DNA of 64,000 bases from the human T2T-CHM13v2.0 reference genome, Homo sapiens. The stretch's first letter is position 1. Each line of letters begins with the position of its first letter. The notes beneath the pieces were generated by a model. It did no database searches, was not told where the DNA came from, and saw only the letters and a list, made by a program, of their open reading frames with translations. Shown here piece after piece: positions 39,065-56,398 of the stretch. The translations under genes and the position numbers were made by a program. The DNA lies in assembly GCF_009914755.1 (NCBI RefSeq), contig NC_060926.1, one strand, 5' to 3'.

Positions 39065-41617
39065 CAACAGAGCGCGCCAGGGAGCAGCGCCCGTCAGGAG
39101 CCATGACGCCTGAGCCATCGAGGCCGCCGCCGGGCCGGGTCCAGGCCACCGCCTCAACAGAGCGCGCCAGGGAGCAGCGCCCGTCGGGAGCCATGACGCC
39201 TGAGCCATCGAGGCCGCCGCTGGGCCGGGTCGAGGCCGGCGCCTCAACAGAGCGCGCCAGGGAGCAGCGCCCGTCGGGAGCCATGACGCCTGAGCCATCG
39301 AGGCCGCCGCAGGGCCAGGTCGAGGCCGGCGCCTCAACAGAGCGCGCCAGGGAGCAGCGCCCGTCGGGAGCCATGACGCCTGAGCCATCGAGGCCGCCGC
39401 CTCAACAGAGCGCGCCAGGGAGCAGCGCCCGTCGGGAGCCATGACGCCTGAGCCATCGAGGCCGCCGCCGGGCCGGGTCGAGGCCGCCGCCTCAACAGAG
39501 CGCGCCAGGGAGCAGCGCCCGTCGGGAGCCATGACGCCTGAGCCATCGAGGCCGCCGCAGGGCCGGGTCGAGGCCGCCGCCTCAACAGAGCGCGCCAGGG
39601 AGCAGCGCCCGTCGGGAGCCATGACGCCTGAGCCATCGAGGCCGCCGCCGGGCCGGGTCGAGGCCGCCGCCTCCACAGAGCGCGCCAGGGAGCAGCGCCC
39701 GTCGGGAGCCATGACGCCTGAGCCATCGAGGCCGCCGCAGGGCCAGGTCGAGGCTGCCGCCGCCTGGCCAGGTCGAGGCCGCCGCCGCCGCCTCAACAGA
39801 GCGCGCCAGGTAACAGCGCCGGTCGGGAGCCATGACGCCTGAGCCATCGAGGCCGCCGCAGGGCCAGGTCGAGGCCGGCGCCTCAACAGAGCGCGCCAGG
39901 GAGCAGCGCCCGTCGGGAGCCATGACGCCTGAGCCATCGAGGCCGCCGCCTCAACAGAGCGCGCCAGGGAGCAGCGCCCGTCGGGAGCCATGACGCCTGA
40001 GCCATCGAGGCCGCCGCCGGGCCGGGTCGAGGCCGCCGCCTCAACAGAGCGCGCCAGGGAGCAGCGCCCGTCGGGAGCCATGACGCCTGAGCCATCGAGG
40101 CCGCCGCAGGGCCGGGTCGAGGCCGCCGCCTCAACAGAGCGCGCCAGGGAGCAGCGCCCGTCGGGAGCCATGACGCCTGAGCCATCGAGGCCGCCGCCGG
40201 GCCGGGTCGAGGCCGCCGCCTCCACAGAGCGCGCCAGGGAGCAGCGCCCGTCGGGAGCCATGACGCCTGAGCCATCGAGGCCGCCGCAGGGCCAGGTCGA
40301 GGCTGCCGCCGCCTGGCCAGGTCGAGGCCGCCGCCGCCGCCTCAACAGAGCGCGCCAGGTAACAGCGCCGGTCGGGAGCCATGACGCCTGAGCCATCGAG
40401 GCCGCCGCAGGGCCAGGTCGAGGCCGGCGCCTCAACAGAGCGCGCCAGGGAGCAGCGCCCGTCGGGAGCCATGACGCCTGAGCCATCGAGGCCGCCGCAG
40501 GGCCAGGTCGAGGCCGGCGCCTCAACAGAGCGCGCCAGGGAGCAGCGCCCGTCGGGAGCCATGACGCCTGAGCCATCGAGGCCGCCGCCGGGCCAGGTCG
40601 AGGCCGCCGCCTCAACCGAGCGCGCCAGGGAGCAGCGCCCGTCGGGAGCCATGACGCCTGAGCCATCGAGGCCGCCGCCGGGCCGGGTCGAGGCCGCCGC
40701 CTCAACAGAGCGCGCCAGGGAGCAGCGCCCGTCGGGAGCCATGACGCCTGAGCCATCGAGGCCGCCGCAGGGCCAGGTCGAGGCCGCCGCCTCAACAGAG
40801 CGCGCCAGGGAGCAGCGCCCGTCGGGAGCCATGACGCCTGAGCCATCGAGGCCGCCGCCGGGCCGGGTCGAGGCCGCCGCCTCAACAGAGCGCGCCAGGG
40901 AGCAGCGCCCGTCGGGAGCCATGACGCCTGAGCCATCGAGGCCGCCGCTGGGCCGGGTTGAGGCCGCCGCCTCAACAGAGCGTGCCAGGGAGCAGCGCCC
41001 GTCGGGAGCCATGATGCCTGAGCCATCAAGGCAGCCGCCGGGCCGGGTCGAGGCAGCCGCCTCCACAGAGCGCGCCAGGGAGCAGCGCCCGTCGGGAGCC
41101 ATGACGCCTGAGCCATCGAGGCAGCCGCCGGGCCAGGTCGAGGCCGCCGCCTCAACAGAGCGCGCCAGGGAGCAGCGCCCGTCGGGAGCCATGACGCCTG
41201 AGCCATCAAGGCAGCCGCCGGGCCAGGTCGAGGCCGCGGCCTCAACAGAGCGCGCCAGGGAGCAGCGCCCGTCGGGAGCCATGACGCCTGAGCCATCGAG
41301 GCCGCCGCAGGGCCAGGTCGAGGCCGGCGCCTCAACAGAGCGCGCCAGGGAGCAGCGCCCGTCGGGAGCCATGACGCCTGAGCCATCGAGGCCGCCGCAG
41401 GGCCAGGTCGAGGCCGGCGCCTCAACAGAGCGCGCCAGGGAGCAGCGCCGGTCGGGAGCCATGACGCCTGAGCCATCGAGGCCGCCGCAGGGCCAGGTCG
41501 AGGCCGCCGCCTCCACAGAGCGCGCCAGGGAGCAGCGCTCGTCGGGAGCCATGACGCCTGAGCCATCGAGGCCGCCGCCGGGCCGGGTCGAGGCCGCCGC
41601 CCGGCCAGGTCGAGGCC
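39065..41617. repeat. 90-bp GC-rich minisatellite (VNTR), ~28 units, with 68-bp and 121-bp variant units
   Basis: Unit ATGACGCCTGAGCCATCGAGGCCGCCGCCGGGCCGGGTCGAGGCCGCCGCCTCAACAGAGCGCGCCAGGGAGCAGCGCCCGTCGGGAGCC; unit starts counted from 39103 to 41551. Confidence 0.97.
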
Positions 41618-41642
41618 GTCGGTCTCTTCCAGACCCACTCAC

Positions 41643-41714
41643 CTTTCGAGGCGACGGGGCGGAGCCCTGCACCGAGGCGACGTACCGCTCCCCGTAGGCC
41701 TTGCTGCAACTCAT
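41643..41714 (-). CDS. RGPD3: RGPD (RANBP2-like and GRIP domain) coding exon 1, MSCSKAYGERYVASVQGSAPSPRK
   Basis: ATG at 41714-41712; 72 nt; donor GTGAGT at 41642-41637; RANBP2-type N-terminus with the MSCSK start recalled for RGPD3/4; adjacency to a CD8B-type gene favours RGPD3. Confidence 0.88.
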
Positions 41715-41861
41715 CGCGCCACCAACCTGGCTCCCGAGATGCGTGAGACCAGCGCTCAGCCCCGCAGCAGTCGCCAATTCCAAGAGGAAAGCGCCTGAAA
41801 GCCACTGAGGCAGCGGCGTAGCCGGCGGAGGACCACTGTGACGAACTTGTGTCCTGCGTCA

Positions 41862-42347
<486 letters not shown>

Positions 42348-44226
42348 TTAGTGGTATTTCCCCTATAGGCAATTATTTATTCAAAAATACAGGAACAGCA
42401 TTTATTTGCTTAACTGCAGATATGCAAACAAAAAATTTAAATGGTCTTAGTTACTATCTACATGCAGATGCTTCCAATCTTAATCTCTAGTCATGACCAC
42501 TGATCCTTTTTTGATTCCTTTAATTCAATTTATATATCTCTAAGTGAATATCTTGTCAACACTGACAATCAAGACTAAGATGTATTTATTCTATTCCAGA
42601 TTCTACTCTAAAAGTCACCAGGAAAAATTCAGCTCCACTGGTCCTGGCTCTAAGTCTACTAGCAAAATCTTCCAGAGAAGTGGAAAAGCCATCAGCCAAT
42701 GTGTTAGACTATCATTTCCATGACCTTACACCTATCAAAAAGGCACTATTACCAGGCTTATAGAATTCTAAAAAAGTTGGAAACCATTTTCCATTATAAA
42801 AGAAATTCTTCCAAATCACACAAAACACTCTGACGCTTCTCCAATTCCCCCTTTCAATGTTCCGCAAATGTGCTGGTTTGAAGGAAAAAAAATTCAATGT
42901 GGCACATGTTTAAAAATATAATGAAGACATAGACATTATCAAATACAACTGATAGCACTAACCTTCCCTTTGAACCGTCCCTAAACATCCACACTCACAT
43001 GTCCTTTAAATACAAACCACTTTTCTCCAGGCTTCCTAACTTGGTAAATCCAGGTACCTTCCCAGGTCGTTCAGAGAATTGGGAGCCTCGTTCCACATCA
43101 CTTTTCCCCAGCCCAGCAGCACAAAACCAATCAGCTGACAAATTCATTTCCACCTCTCAAGGCCTCTCATATTAATCCCTCCTTTCCACACATATACTGC
43201 CCTAGCTCAGACCCTCTCATACTTCTTAAACTGACACAGACAACCTCACTTGGAGGCTAACTGGTCTCCTTATCTTTAATCCCAAAATACACCTATTTAC
43301 CACACAGATCCAAAACCTCGTAACTCCTTTCTCAAAATCCTGTAATGCCCTGTCAATTGCATTCAGAAGAAAACCACCTTTTCATCCTTTCTCCCTTTAA
43401 GAGCACATTGGTAAGAGTGTAAATCCCAGTTCTACCACTTAGTAGGTTTATTTCATTTGTAACCTCTATCTCATTTGTAAAAAAAAAGAATCATAGTACT
43501 CTCTTCTCAATAAAACTGTTCTAAGGAAATAATTAATACTAATAAAGCACTGAGAACAATGCCTAGCACATAGAAAATGCCCAAAAAAGGTTATTATTGT
43601 TATCCAAACCCTATCCTGCCTCACCCTACAGACTACTTGTACTTTTATAAGTATTTATTCTACAGATTTATTGAGTCCTTATGACTAGGAGATGAAGATA
43701 CAAATATCCATTAAAAAATGTTCCGCATTATCTAGCCTTCCTGCCTGTGCCTGTGTGGTTTCTCCTTGCCCTGAATGCTCCTTTCTACCTACAGATATCC
43801 TACTCAACCCCAAGGTCCAAACGAAGACTGACATGTCTCTCAGAGATGAGGCTTTGATTTTGCCATGTCCTCCCATTGGATGTCATCTTCCCATCAGTCA
43901 ATCAACGATGGTACTCTCTTTTCCACATTACTGAGTCATGAGTCTTTCTTAAATTCTAATTTCTTATGCAGACAGTACATCAACTCCACACAATTGTGAG
44001 ATCCCTAGATGGAAAAGAATGTATCATTTCCATCTCTCCAGCACCTTCAAAAAGTATCACATACATCACAAGGGAGGTCAGTGTATGTTAACTGAATCAC
44101 TTCTGTTTGAAAACATTTATTCTGCAAGTAGAAACTAAAATTAAGTTAACCATGGAAAGAACTAATGTTTAACCAAACTTCTTTAAAAAATGTTAACTTT
44201 TTGGCAACACCTAGTCCTTTTCTTAC

Positions 44227-44361
44227 CTCGTCCAATGATCCAAGGAGTTTACTAAGAGGCTTTGGAGCACTAACGCCATCTAGTGGAGTACTGGGCCGAG
44301 GCATTGTGTTGGACATCGTCAGAGAGGGAGCTGGCAGTCCAGGAATAAAAACCTTTCCCAC
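44227..44361 (-). pseudogene. ANAPC1 duplicate: internal exon (VGKVFIPGLPAPSLTMSNTMPRPSTPLDG...LGSLDE)
   Basis: 135 nt, aag/GTAAGA, ORF 44146..44361; matches APC1 around residues ~505-550 (recalled). Confidence 0.82.
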
Positions 44362-45156
44362 CTTTAAGCAATAAAAACATGTGGAAAAAAAAAATACTGC
44401 CTTTAATGCATCACATCCTTAAATAAAATGTTAAGGAATATAAACATATATTTCTTTTGATATTTCTAAGTTTATGCTCAACAAACACAGCAAAGAAACA
44501 ATTCAAATGTCAATAATCTATTGAATTCCACTATCCAACTGTAAATATGTTGGTATAATTTCTTTTTTTTTTTTTTTGAGATAAGATCTCACTCTTTCCC
44601 TGTGGCTGGAGTACAGTGGCATGATCTCAGCTCACTGCAGCCTCAACCTACCAGGCTCAAGTGATCCTCCCACTTCAGCCTCCTGAGTAGCTGGAACTAC
44701 AGGCACATGCCACTATGCCTGGTTAATTTTGTATTTTTTGGTAGAGACGGGGTTTCACCATGTTATCCAGGCTGGTCTTGAACTTCTGGGCTGAAGCCAT
44801 CTGCCCACCTAGACCTCTCATACCTTAGTATAATTTCTCTTGGTTGGATTCCTTCTCTTCATTACTGAAGACTTTTTTGGAAGGCAAGGAGAGGAATGTT
44901 AATATAGTCAACACATTATATAAAAATCTGTACACTATGTACTCTTCTACCTTATTGGTCATAAAGACAGTAAGAACAGCGGCTGGGCGCGGTGGCTCAC
45001 GCCTGTAATCCTAACACTTTGGGAGGCCGAGGTGGGCAGATCACAAGGTCAGGAGTTCAAGAGCATCCTGCCTAACACAGTGAAACCCCATCTCTACTAA
45101 AAATTAAAAAAAAAAAATTAGCCGGGCATGGTGGCAGGCACCTGTAGTCCCAGCTA

Positions 45157-45264
<108 letters not shown>

Positions 45265-46124
45265 TCAAAAAAAAAAAAAGAATGAGTTGACAATCCATGC
45301 TAACCACTCCTTATTTTGGCTATCTGTAGGGTACTTAGCAAAAACAGAAATTCACATCTGTACAGGCTGAAAACTTGATAAGACTAAAAAGGAGATGCTC
45401 AGAACTAAAATGAGATCTTAACAATGTACATATTCATGTTAACACACTACTCAAAAGCTAACAAAATAACAGAAGTTGCCCCAATAAAATCCTTAGGCTT
45501 AAAAAACAAAAATAACAGTGAGAACTAATTATGCATAATTTTTTAAAAGCTATCTCAAACCCCTAATTTACGAAAAGATGGAATAAGCACATACCATGCT
45601 ATTCCCTCATTAATCACCAAAAAGAAAAAAAAACTGAATAAAATTTATAATGCAACTAACAGAAGATTCTGAAAAAGTGAAGAAAAGAAGACAAACTGGC
45701 TAGTAACCTGAGACCCAGGAATGACCTAATGATGAATTCCCTAGGTTTCTGGTTTTTTTGACTCCTTACATAACCAGGCCTCAGGCTTTCAAAGAGCCTA
45801 TAACACAGACATGCCAACGTTCACAGACAAAACACGCCCTAAGAAAATCTTAGTCTTTCCAGCCAAAGTGTTGGGAAAAGAATGACCAACCAGGACAGAA
45901 ACTTTTCACTATATCTGCCCTACTCTTTACAAACACCATGAAAAAAGTCATGGCCGTCCCTTCCTCCTCATCAGGAGGCACAGTGAAAATTTTGAATGTC
46001 CCTCGTCTATTTGAGGAAGTCCCCTTCTATTTCTAGATGCTGAGGATTTTTTTAATATTTGATTTTATCAAATATTAAATTTTGATATTTGATTTTATCA
46101 AATGATTTCTCTGCATCTATTTAG

Positions 46125-46322
46125 ATCCTTGGTCAGCAAACCATGTTCCATGACCAAATCTGGCTTGTATCCTGTTTTTGTACAGTCTGTGAGCTAAGAA
46201 TAGGTTTTATGTACTTAAATGGTTAAGGAAAAAATAAAACAGAAGACAAATATGTAACAGAGACTGCATGTGGCCCATAGAGGCTAAGATACTTGTCTGA
46301 ACTCCTACATAAAAAGTTTGCC
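46125..46322. mobile_element. MER58B-like hAT MITE
   Basis: cagcaaac...ccaaatctgg...cctgtttttgtac...gagctaagaat...aaaaagtttgcc. Confidence 0.6.
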
Positions 46323-46889
46323 AGGCTGGATGTGGTGGCTCATGTCTGTAATATCCCAGCACTTTGGGAGGCTGAGGTGGGAGGATCGCTTGAGTCAGGA
46401 GGTCATGGGTGCAGTGAGCTGTGATCCCACCACTGCACTCCAGCCTGAGTAACAGAACGAGATACTGTATCAAAAAAAAAGAAGAGAAAAAAATTGCCAA
46501 GGTTGGAGAGGACATGAACAACATTATCAACCAAATGGAATGAACTGACATTTACAAAATACTCAAGGGTGCCTTCTTGGTGATTTGGCCCTTTAAAGTC
46601 TCTCTTTGTTCCTGGTCATTTTTTTTTTTCCCACTTTATAGCGACTCCAGCTATCTTTTGATTACTGTTTGCATAATATATCTTCTTTCCATCCTTTAAC
46701 TTACCTATGTCATTATATTTGAAGAACACTTCTTCTTATAACCAACATATATAGTTGGGCTGTACTTTCTAATCTCTTCCGCTAGTCTCTGTTATTTGTG
46801 TTAGACCATTGTATTTAATTAGTGGCCTAGTGGGATTTAAATCTGCCATTTAATATTTGTTTTCTGTATGTTCCCACTTTCTTTGCTCA

Positions 46890-48590
<1,701 letters not shown>

Positions 48591-49083
48591 CCTGAAAAAA
48601 TATGGCAAATGCTTAATTCTTTCCCTTTCATTATCAACTTTCAGAACAGTTAGTTATAACAGCCAACTGCAATGGTTGCAAAGCAGATTTTTTCCTTTCT
48701 CTCTACCATTATGAATCCCACAATTTTTATTTATTCAAATCTTTGCAATCAATTATAGTAATCATGTGTTAAAATATTTCTGTACTCTTAATGTTTTATA
48801 GGTTTTTGCTGGCAATAACAAATTGAATTACATAACGACAGAGTGTTTAAAGATTATCATCAAAGTGACAAAGGAGAGTGTAAAAAAAGTGATGATATAT
48901 AAAATAAAATTAAATTTTTATTTTCCTGCCATTATCTTCACATTACATTATGTCATGTTACAACGTACACCCAGCTGCTGAGATCATTAGGCTGGTTTTA
49001 TCATTTCTGTTAAATTTTAAAACAAAACTTTTTTTAAATTGCATTAAATAGTGAATCAAATGCTAAAATTCAAATCAACTCAC

Positions 49084-49245
49084 CTGCTGAACAGGACTGT
49101 CAACTGTAAATGCTTTATAAACTGCCAATGCCTGGCTTTTACTTCCTTTGCTCCATATCACCATATTTCCAGCAACATAGAGTTCCTCATCATAGTCCAC
49201 ATCTTCTCCAATTTCACTTACTCCTTTCCTTAACTGCCAGTTTTC
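49084..49245 (-). pseudogene. ANAPC1 duplicate: second coding exon (ENWQLRKGVSEIGEDVDY...DSPVQQ)
   Basis: 162 nt, aag/GTGAGT, ORF 49075..49350. Confidence 0.88.
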
Positions 49246-49946
49246 CTTAAAAATTAACACATGTAAGACATATTCGAGCACTCTTTTTTTGTTCTTCAAA
49301 AATCTGGAACAAAATTTATTTGCCCATGGAGTAAGACTCAATTCAAACACAACTCCTACAAAGTTTGGTACACTGATTAACAGAGGATGTGGATATATGC
49401 ATTACATTACAGAATTACATGAAGAATTTATGCAATAATTCTCTATATTGAATGTTTTATATTATTCCTCTATATTCCTCTGCCAAAAACAAAAACAAAC
49501 AAAAAGTACACCTCTATAGTTCCAAAAGTCAAATCACATGCTTGGGAGACTAAAAGGACATATTAAGTATATGAGGTAGGGTAGGGAAAGGACAGTGAGG
49601 TGCACGTGGGAATCACTCGGGGAGTTTATGCACAAATGCAGACTTCCTGCTTCGCAATCACATATATATTCACCTTCTTTTCCTTTGTCCCACACACCAA
49701 AATGAATGGAAGAAAGAGAAGTTTCCATTTGTAACTACATAGGCTTTCCCTCCCCGAGATTTTGGTATCCCAAAGGGATATGACAATGGAATAAGGCAGG
49801 AGGGATTCATTTTCTGACACACACTTAACATCTCATTCCCCTACTTAAGAACTATTACTCGCCGGGTGTGGTGGCTCACGCCTGTAATCCCAGCACTTTG
49901 GGAAGCCGTGGCAGGTGGATCACCTGAGGTCTGGAGTTTGAGACTA

Positions 49947-50158
<212 letters not shown>

Positions 50159-50343
50159 CTATTACTCTACCTACTTTTGTGGCATTTCTTCTCTCCTTTA
50201 GAAACATGTAAATCTTCTGCAGCAGGGACTACTTCTAATCTCTACCATTTAATCATTAAATAACATGAAATCTGGTCCCCACATATTAAGTGAAAAGAAA
50301 AAGGTTTAAAATGGACAACAATCGTACTACTGAACCTGACTCA

Positions 50344-50685
<342 letters not shown>

Positions 50686-50883
50686 TTATAGAGGGTATCT
50701 AAATAAGTCGCTATGACAATGTAATAAAGTCATTATTTTCAACATTTATTGAAATTACCACACCTTAACTCTACCCTAGAAGTGGCATCACACCGATCTC
50801 TCAGTTGCATCTTAGTAGCCTTAAATTACAAGTAGATTATATCACTCTACATTTCAAAAACACAATGGGAAACTCAATGGAAC

Positions 50884-51120
50884 CTTCTGTTTCTCGTGGA
50901 TTGTAACCTCCTGAAGGGATCCCACCAAGCCAGCAGCACCATCAGAAGACCATAATTCTGAAGCTGGCTGCAGCTGGCGAAGTTGAAGGTTCAAAGCATT
51001 AGGGTGGTGCTTGCAGTGGTCTCCACCAAAAGGAACAAATTCCTGCAAATCCCTGGCTGCAATCATCGTTGTCCTTTCTTCATAGAAGTTCGTCATGGGT
51101 TCCAAATATCAACATTATTT
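50884..51120 (-). pseudogene. ANAPC1 duplicate: first coding exon (ATG 51096; MTNFYEERTTMIAARDLQEF...TIHEKQK)
   Basis: ORF 50854..51105 matches the recalled APC1 N-terminus; cag acceptor and GT donor intact; 213 coding nt. Confidence 0.88.
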
Positions 51121-51999
51121 CTGTATGACTTCAAACACATTCTGGTCAGCTTCCAGACTCAAAACTAGAATAAAAATACCATAAACACACAAGTCCTTAA
51201 TCCTTACATAGGTGTCAAGTAATTATATCAGACTGGTAAGTGTATAAGTTGGTCATAACATAAAAGGGCATTCTAGATCTGATTCAGACAGTTGCAATTA
51301 TCACATTTTAGTCACAGACTGACAGTTACCACTATAGGAAACCACTGAGATGCAACAAGTACTTATGTCCCGCACCACCTATCCCGTGTTTCCCACTACT
51401 ATACGCTAATTTTTCCATACTTTATATATGAAGTATTTAGACAAGTTGTATTCTGTAGTCCCATAACTACATGGCTTCTCAACATTTAAGGTCATTTCTG
51501 GTTAGATGCCAGAACCTCATTTGAAAAGTACATCTAAGGGATCATTGTCATATTGGAATAAAACAATAAAAAACCACACATTAATTCATCAGAGGTTGAA
51601 CTGCTTTCAGCTGACCAATCTACAAAAGACATAGGTTATCAAATGTCTTAAGTAGCTGTGACACCCCCAATCCCACCTAAATATATAACTACAATCAATT
51701 TCAATTATTGGTCGAAACCCAGAGAACTGAGGCATGAATAACTCTAGCCATGGAACAGTTATGCTTGCAGATTTAAGGGTATTAGGTTTTAATTAATTAT
51801 TACATCTAATTAATCTAATTATTAATATATTACAGTACAGTTTATTACTAAAAAAATGTGGATAACTGTTAAAGCCTTCATCACAAGGTTAGGAAGCAGC
51901 CAGGCTTTAGACAAAAGTACAGATAAGCATAATTAGATTGCCCTTTGATCCACTTTCCTGTACCTGTTTATATATACCATGTTCCTATAGACAACATTT

Positions 52000-52621
<622 letters not shown>

Positions 52622-52824
52622 CAAACACCCAAAGCCTATGTAGTTCCTTTGCAGCTCCTCTAAAGCCACAAAGTTATTTTGCTGTGAATTAAATGTTATT
52701 CTTGGCCAGGCGCGATGGCTCACGTCTGTAATCCCAGCACTTTGGGAGGCCGAGGCGAGTGGATCACCTGAGGTCAGGAGTTCGAGACCAGCCTGGCCAA
52801 CATGGTGAAAGCCCGTCTCTACTA

Positions 52825-53013
<189 letters not shown>

Positions 53014-54112
53014 TTACTTGAAGTAGTTTGTTTCTTCCTTTTTTAAAAAATGCATTCCTTTGTCAGCAGGTATGGGAGAATAAATTTCTTTCTTAGCTGC
53101 CAAAGACACACTGCCAGTAAGAGAGGTCAATAAAAAAAGACTGCTTTATGCACATTACTCCATTTGTTCTGTACTGTGATGACTGCTGTTTGCAGAAATT
53201 CTCTGGACTATATTGATTTTCCTCTGTTGGTGCATTGATAGAACTACTCTCAGGGGAGAGATTTCTAGGAATGAAATAGAAGACAATGTGAAAAATAGTA
53301 TGTACAAAGTTCAGAAGATTGCATTTTGAGATAGTAGGTTTCTAGTTGCTCGTGTAATCTGGAGATTTCTTTTCAATAGAAGTGCAAAATTTGTGCACAG
53401 ACATACTCGTATTGGTAATTAATTGATTATTTGTTTATTGCTAGAGAACCTTTACCCACTATGTTCAGCATGCTGCACCCACTAGATGAAATAACTCCAC
53501 TTCTTTGTAAATCTGGAAGTAAGTGTATTTCTATATTTTTTTAGATAAGCTCTTTTGTTTTTTTTTTTTTTGACTTTGGTGAGGGAGATTATAAAGGCGC
53601 TCATCTTGAGCTGATGCAGCTTCCAGCTGCATCTTGAGTAATTTAATAGTCATGGAGTATTTTGTGCCACCTGGTACAAGAGAAGAAGTTAATCTATAAC
53701 AAAAGATCAGTGACTCAGAAGGGAAGGGGTCTTATCTTGGTGCCATTCAGTCTTTCACAACATTTTACAAACAAAAAAAAATTTAAAAAGGATGAATCTA
53801 TAATCAGATAAGCAGAAGTTGCAGCTGTTAGCTATGTAGCTCAGGTTCCACAGTCACATTTTCTTCAAGCCACAGAATAAGGTTGCAACAACTTATTTAA
53901 ATTATTTATTTTCCAGCTGGGCGTGGTGGCTCACGCCTGTAATCCCAGCACGTTGGGAGGCCAAGGCGGGTGGATCACAAGGTCAGGAGATCAAGACCAT
54001 CCTGGCTAACATGGTGAAACCCGTCTCTACTAAAAATACAAAAAATTAGCCGAGCATGGTGGCGGGCACCTGTAATTCCAGCTACTCGGGAGGCTAAGGC
54101 AGGAGAATTTCA

Positions 54113-54241
<129 letters not shown>

Positions 54242-54300
54242 TTACCAGGCTCATTAATTGCACATTTTTATAGCATTTATTTATTATTTGCTTTTTTTAA

Positions 54301-54480
<180 letters not shown>

Positions 54481-55412
54481 TAGTTTATCAATATATGCAC
54501 AATGCCTGGAATGCACAGGGCCCGGAATAGCAGAGCATGTGCTCAGTAAGCATATGTGGGGTGGTGGGCATAGAACACACTGCATTACATGCTGACTCTG
54601 ATCACACAAAATGTCCTGTGAAGTAGGTGTGATTCATATGAGAACTGTGGGACCCAGATAGGAAAGCCATTCCCCCAAGGCAGGGCACCAGTTAGTGTCC
54701 AGCCCAAGTTCCAATTTAAGTCTTGCTGATAGGCCCAGGGCCACAAGATACAGATGCTCAGCCAAGGAGGTGAGTGGGGGCTCGAATCTAGACCACTCTG
54801 CTCACCAGGTTTGAGCTAAGAGCTAAGACCGCCAAACAATAAGAAAATTTCCCAAACACAAGCTGATTTTAGATCAATCTATCAGAGAATGTTTTGAACT
54901 ATGTAAAATAATATAAATGCATATGCACCTGCGTATATAGCTATAGATATAATGAGAACCGATAGATCTCTCATTGGTCAAGGTCCTGAGCAAAGCCAGA
55001 TCCCTTAACTGACACTCAGTACCCCAGCCCATCTCATTTTCTTCCTTCTACTACTGCATTCGTGCACAAAGAAGTAAAAGACCAACAAGCATGGCACACT
55101 TAGTCTGAAAAGTATTTAAGGAACAGAGATTTATGTTGCAATAAGTTTGCTAATTTAGATACAGAAATGGTTGATGTCCTCTGGGTAGTCATAATTTTTA
55201 AATTAGCTTTTCCTTCTTTTTTTTCTTTTTTAATAGAGATGGGGGTCTTGCTATGTTGTCCAGACTGATCTTGAACTCCTGGCCTCAAGCGATCCTCACA
55301 GCTCAGTCTCCCAAAGTTACAGGCATGAGCCACTCTGCTTGGCCAGAGATTAACTTTTCTACTGGATCAACATTTTTGATCTCCTGAAAAAAAAAATCCC
55401 TTTTTATTTTGA

Positions 55413-55721
<309 letters not shown>

Positions 55722-55900
55722 TAATTTCTTTTTGTTAAAAGGCTCACCCTAGAGTCTGGAATTGGTAGGAGCAGAAAAAGAGACTTTCATTTCTTTATGT
55801 GATTTTAAAAATCCTGGATATTCTTTCTTATGTTTTTTAACATTTTTTATTTTTATTTTTGATTGACAGTACAGTATGAACATAGTGTTTCAACATTTTA

Positions 55901-56398
<498 letters not shown>

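Noticed and set aside
39065-41617. CRISPR-like appearance of the regular repeat
   Set aside because: Units are contiguous and near-identical, with no unique spacers and no cas genes; this is a eukaryotic minisatellite.
41715-41783. N-terminal extension MELATAAGL... of RGPD3
   Set aside because: It begins at a TTG picked by the ORF caller; the ATG at 41714 matches the known family start.
53020-53900. Possible ERV internal fragment
   Set aside because: Only a vague resemblance; no motif I can support.
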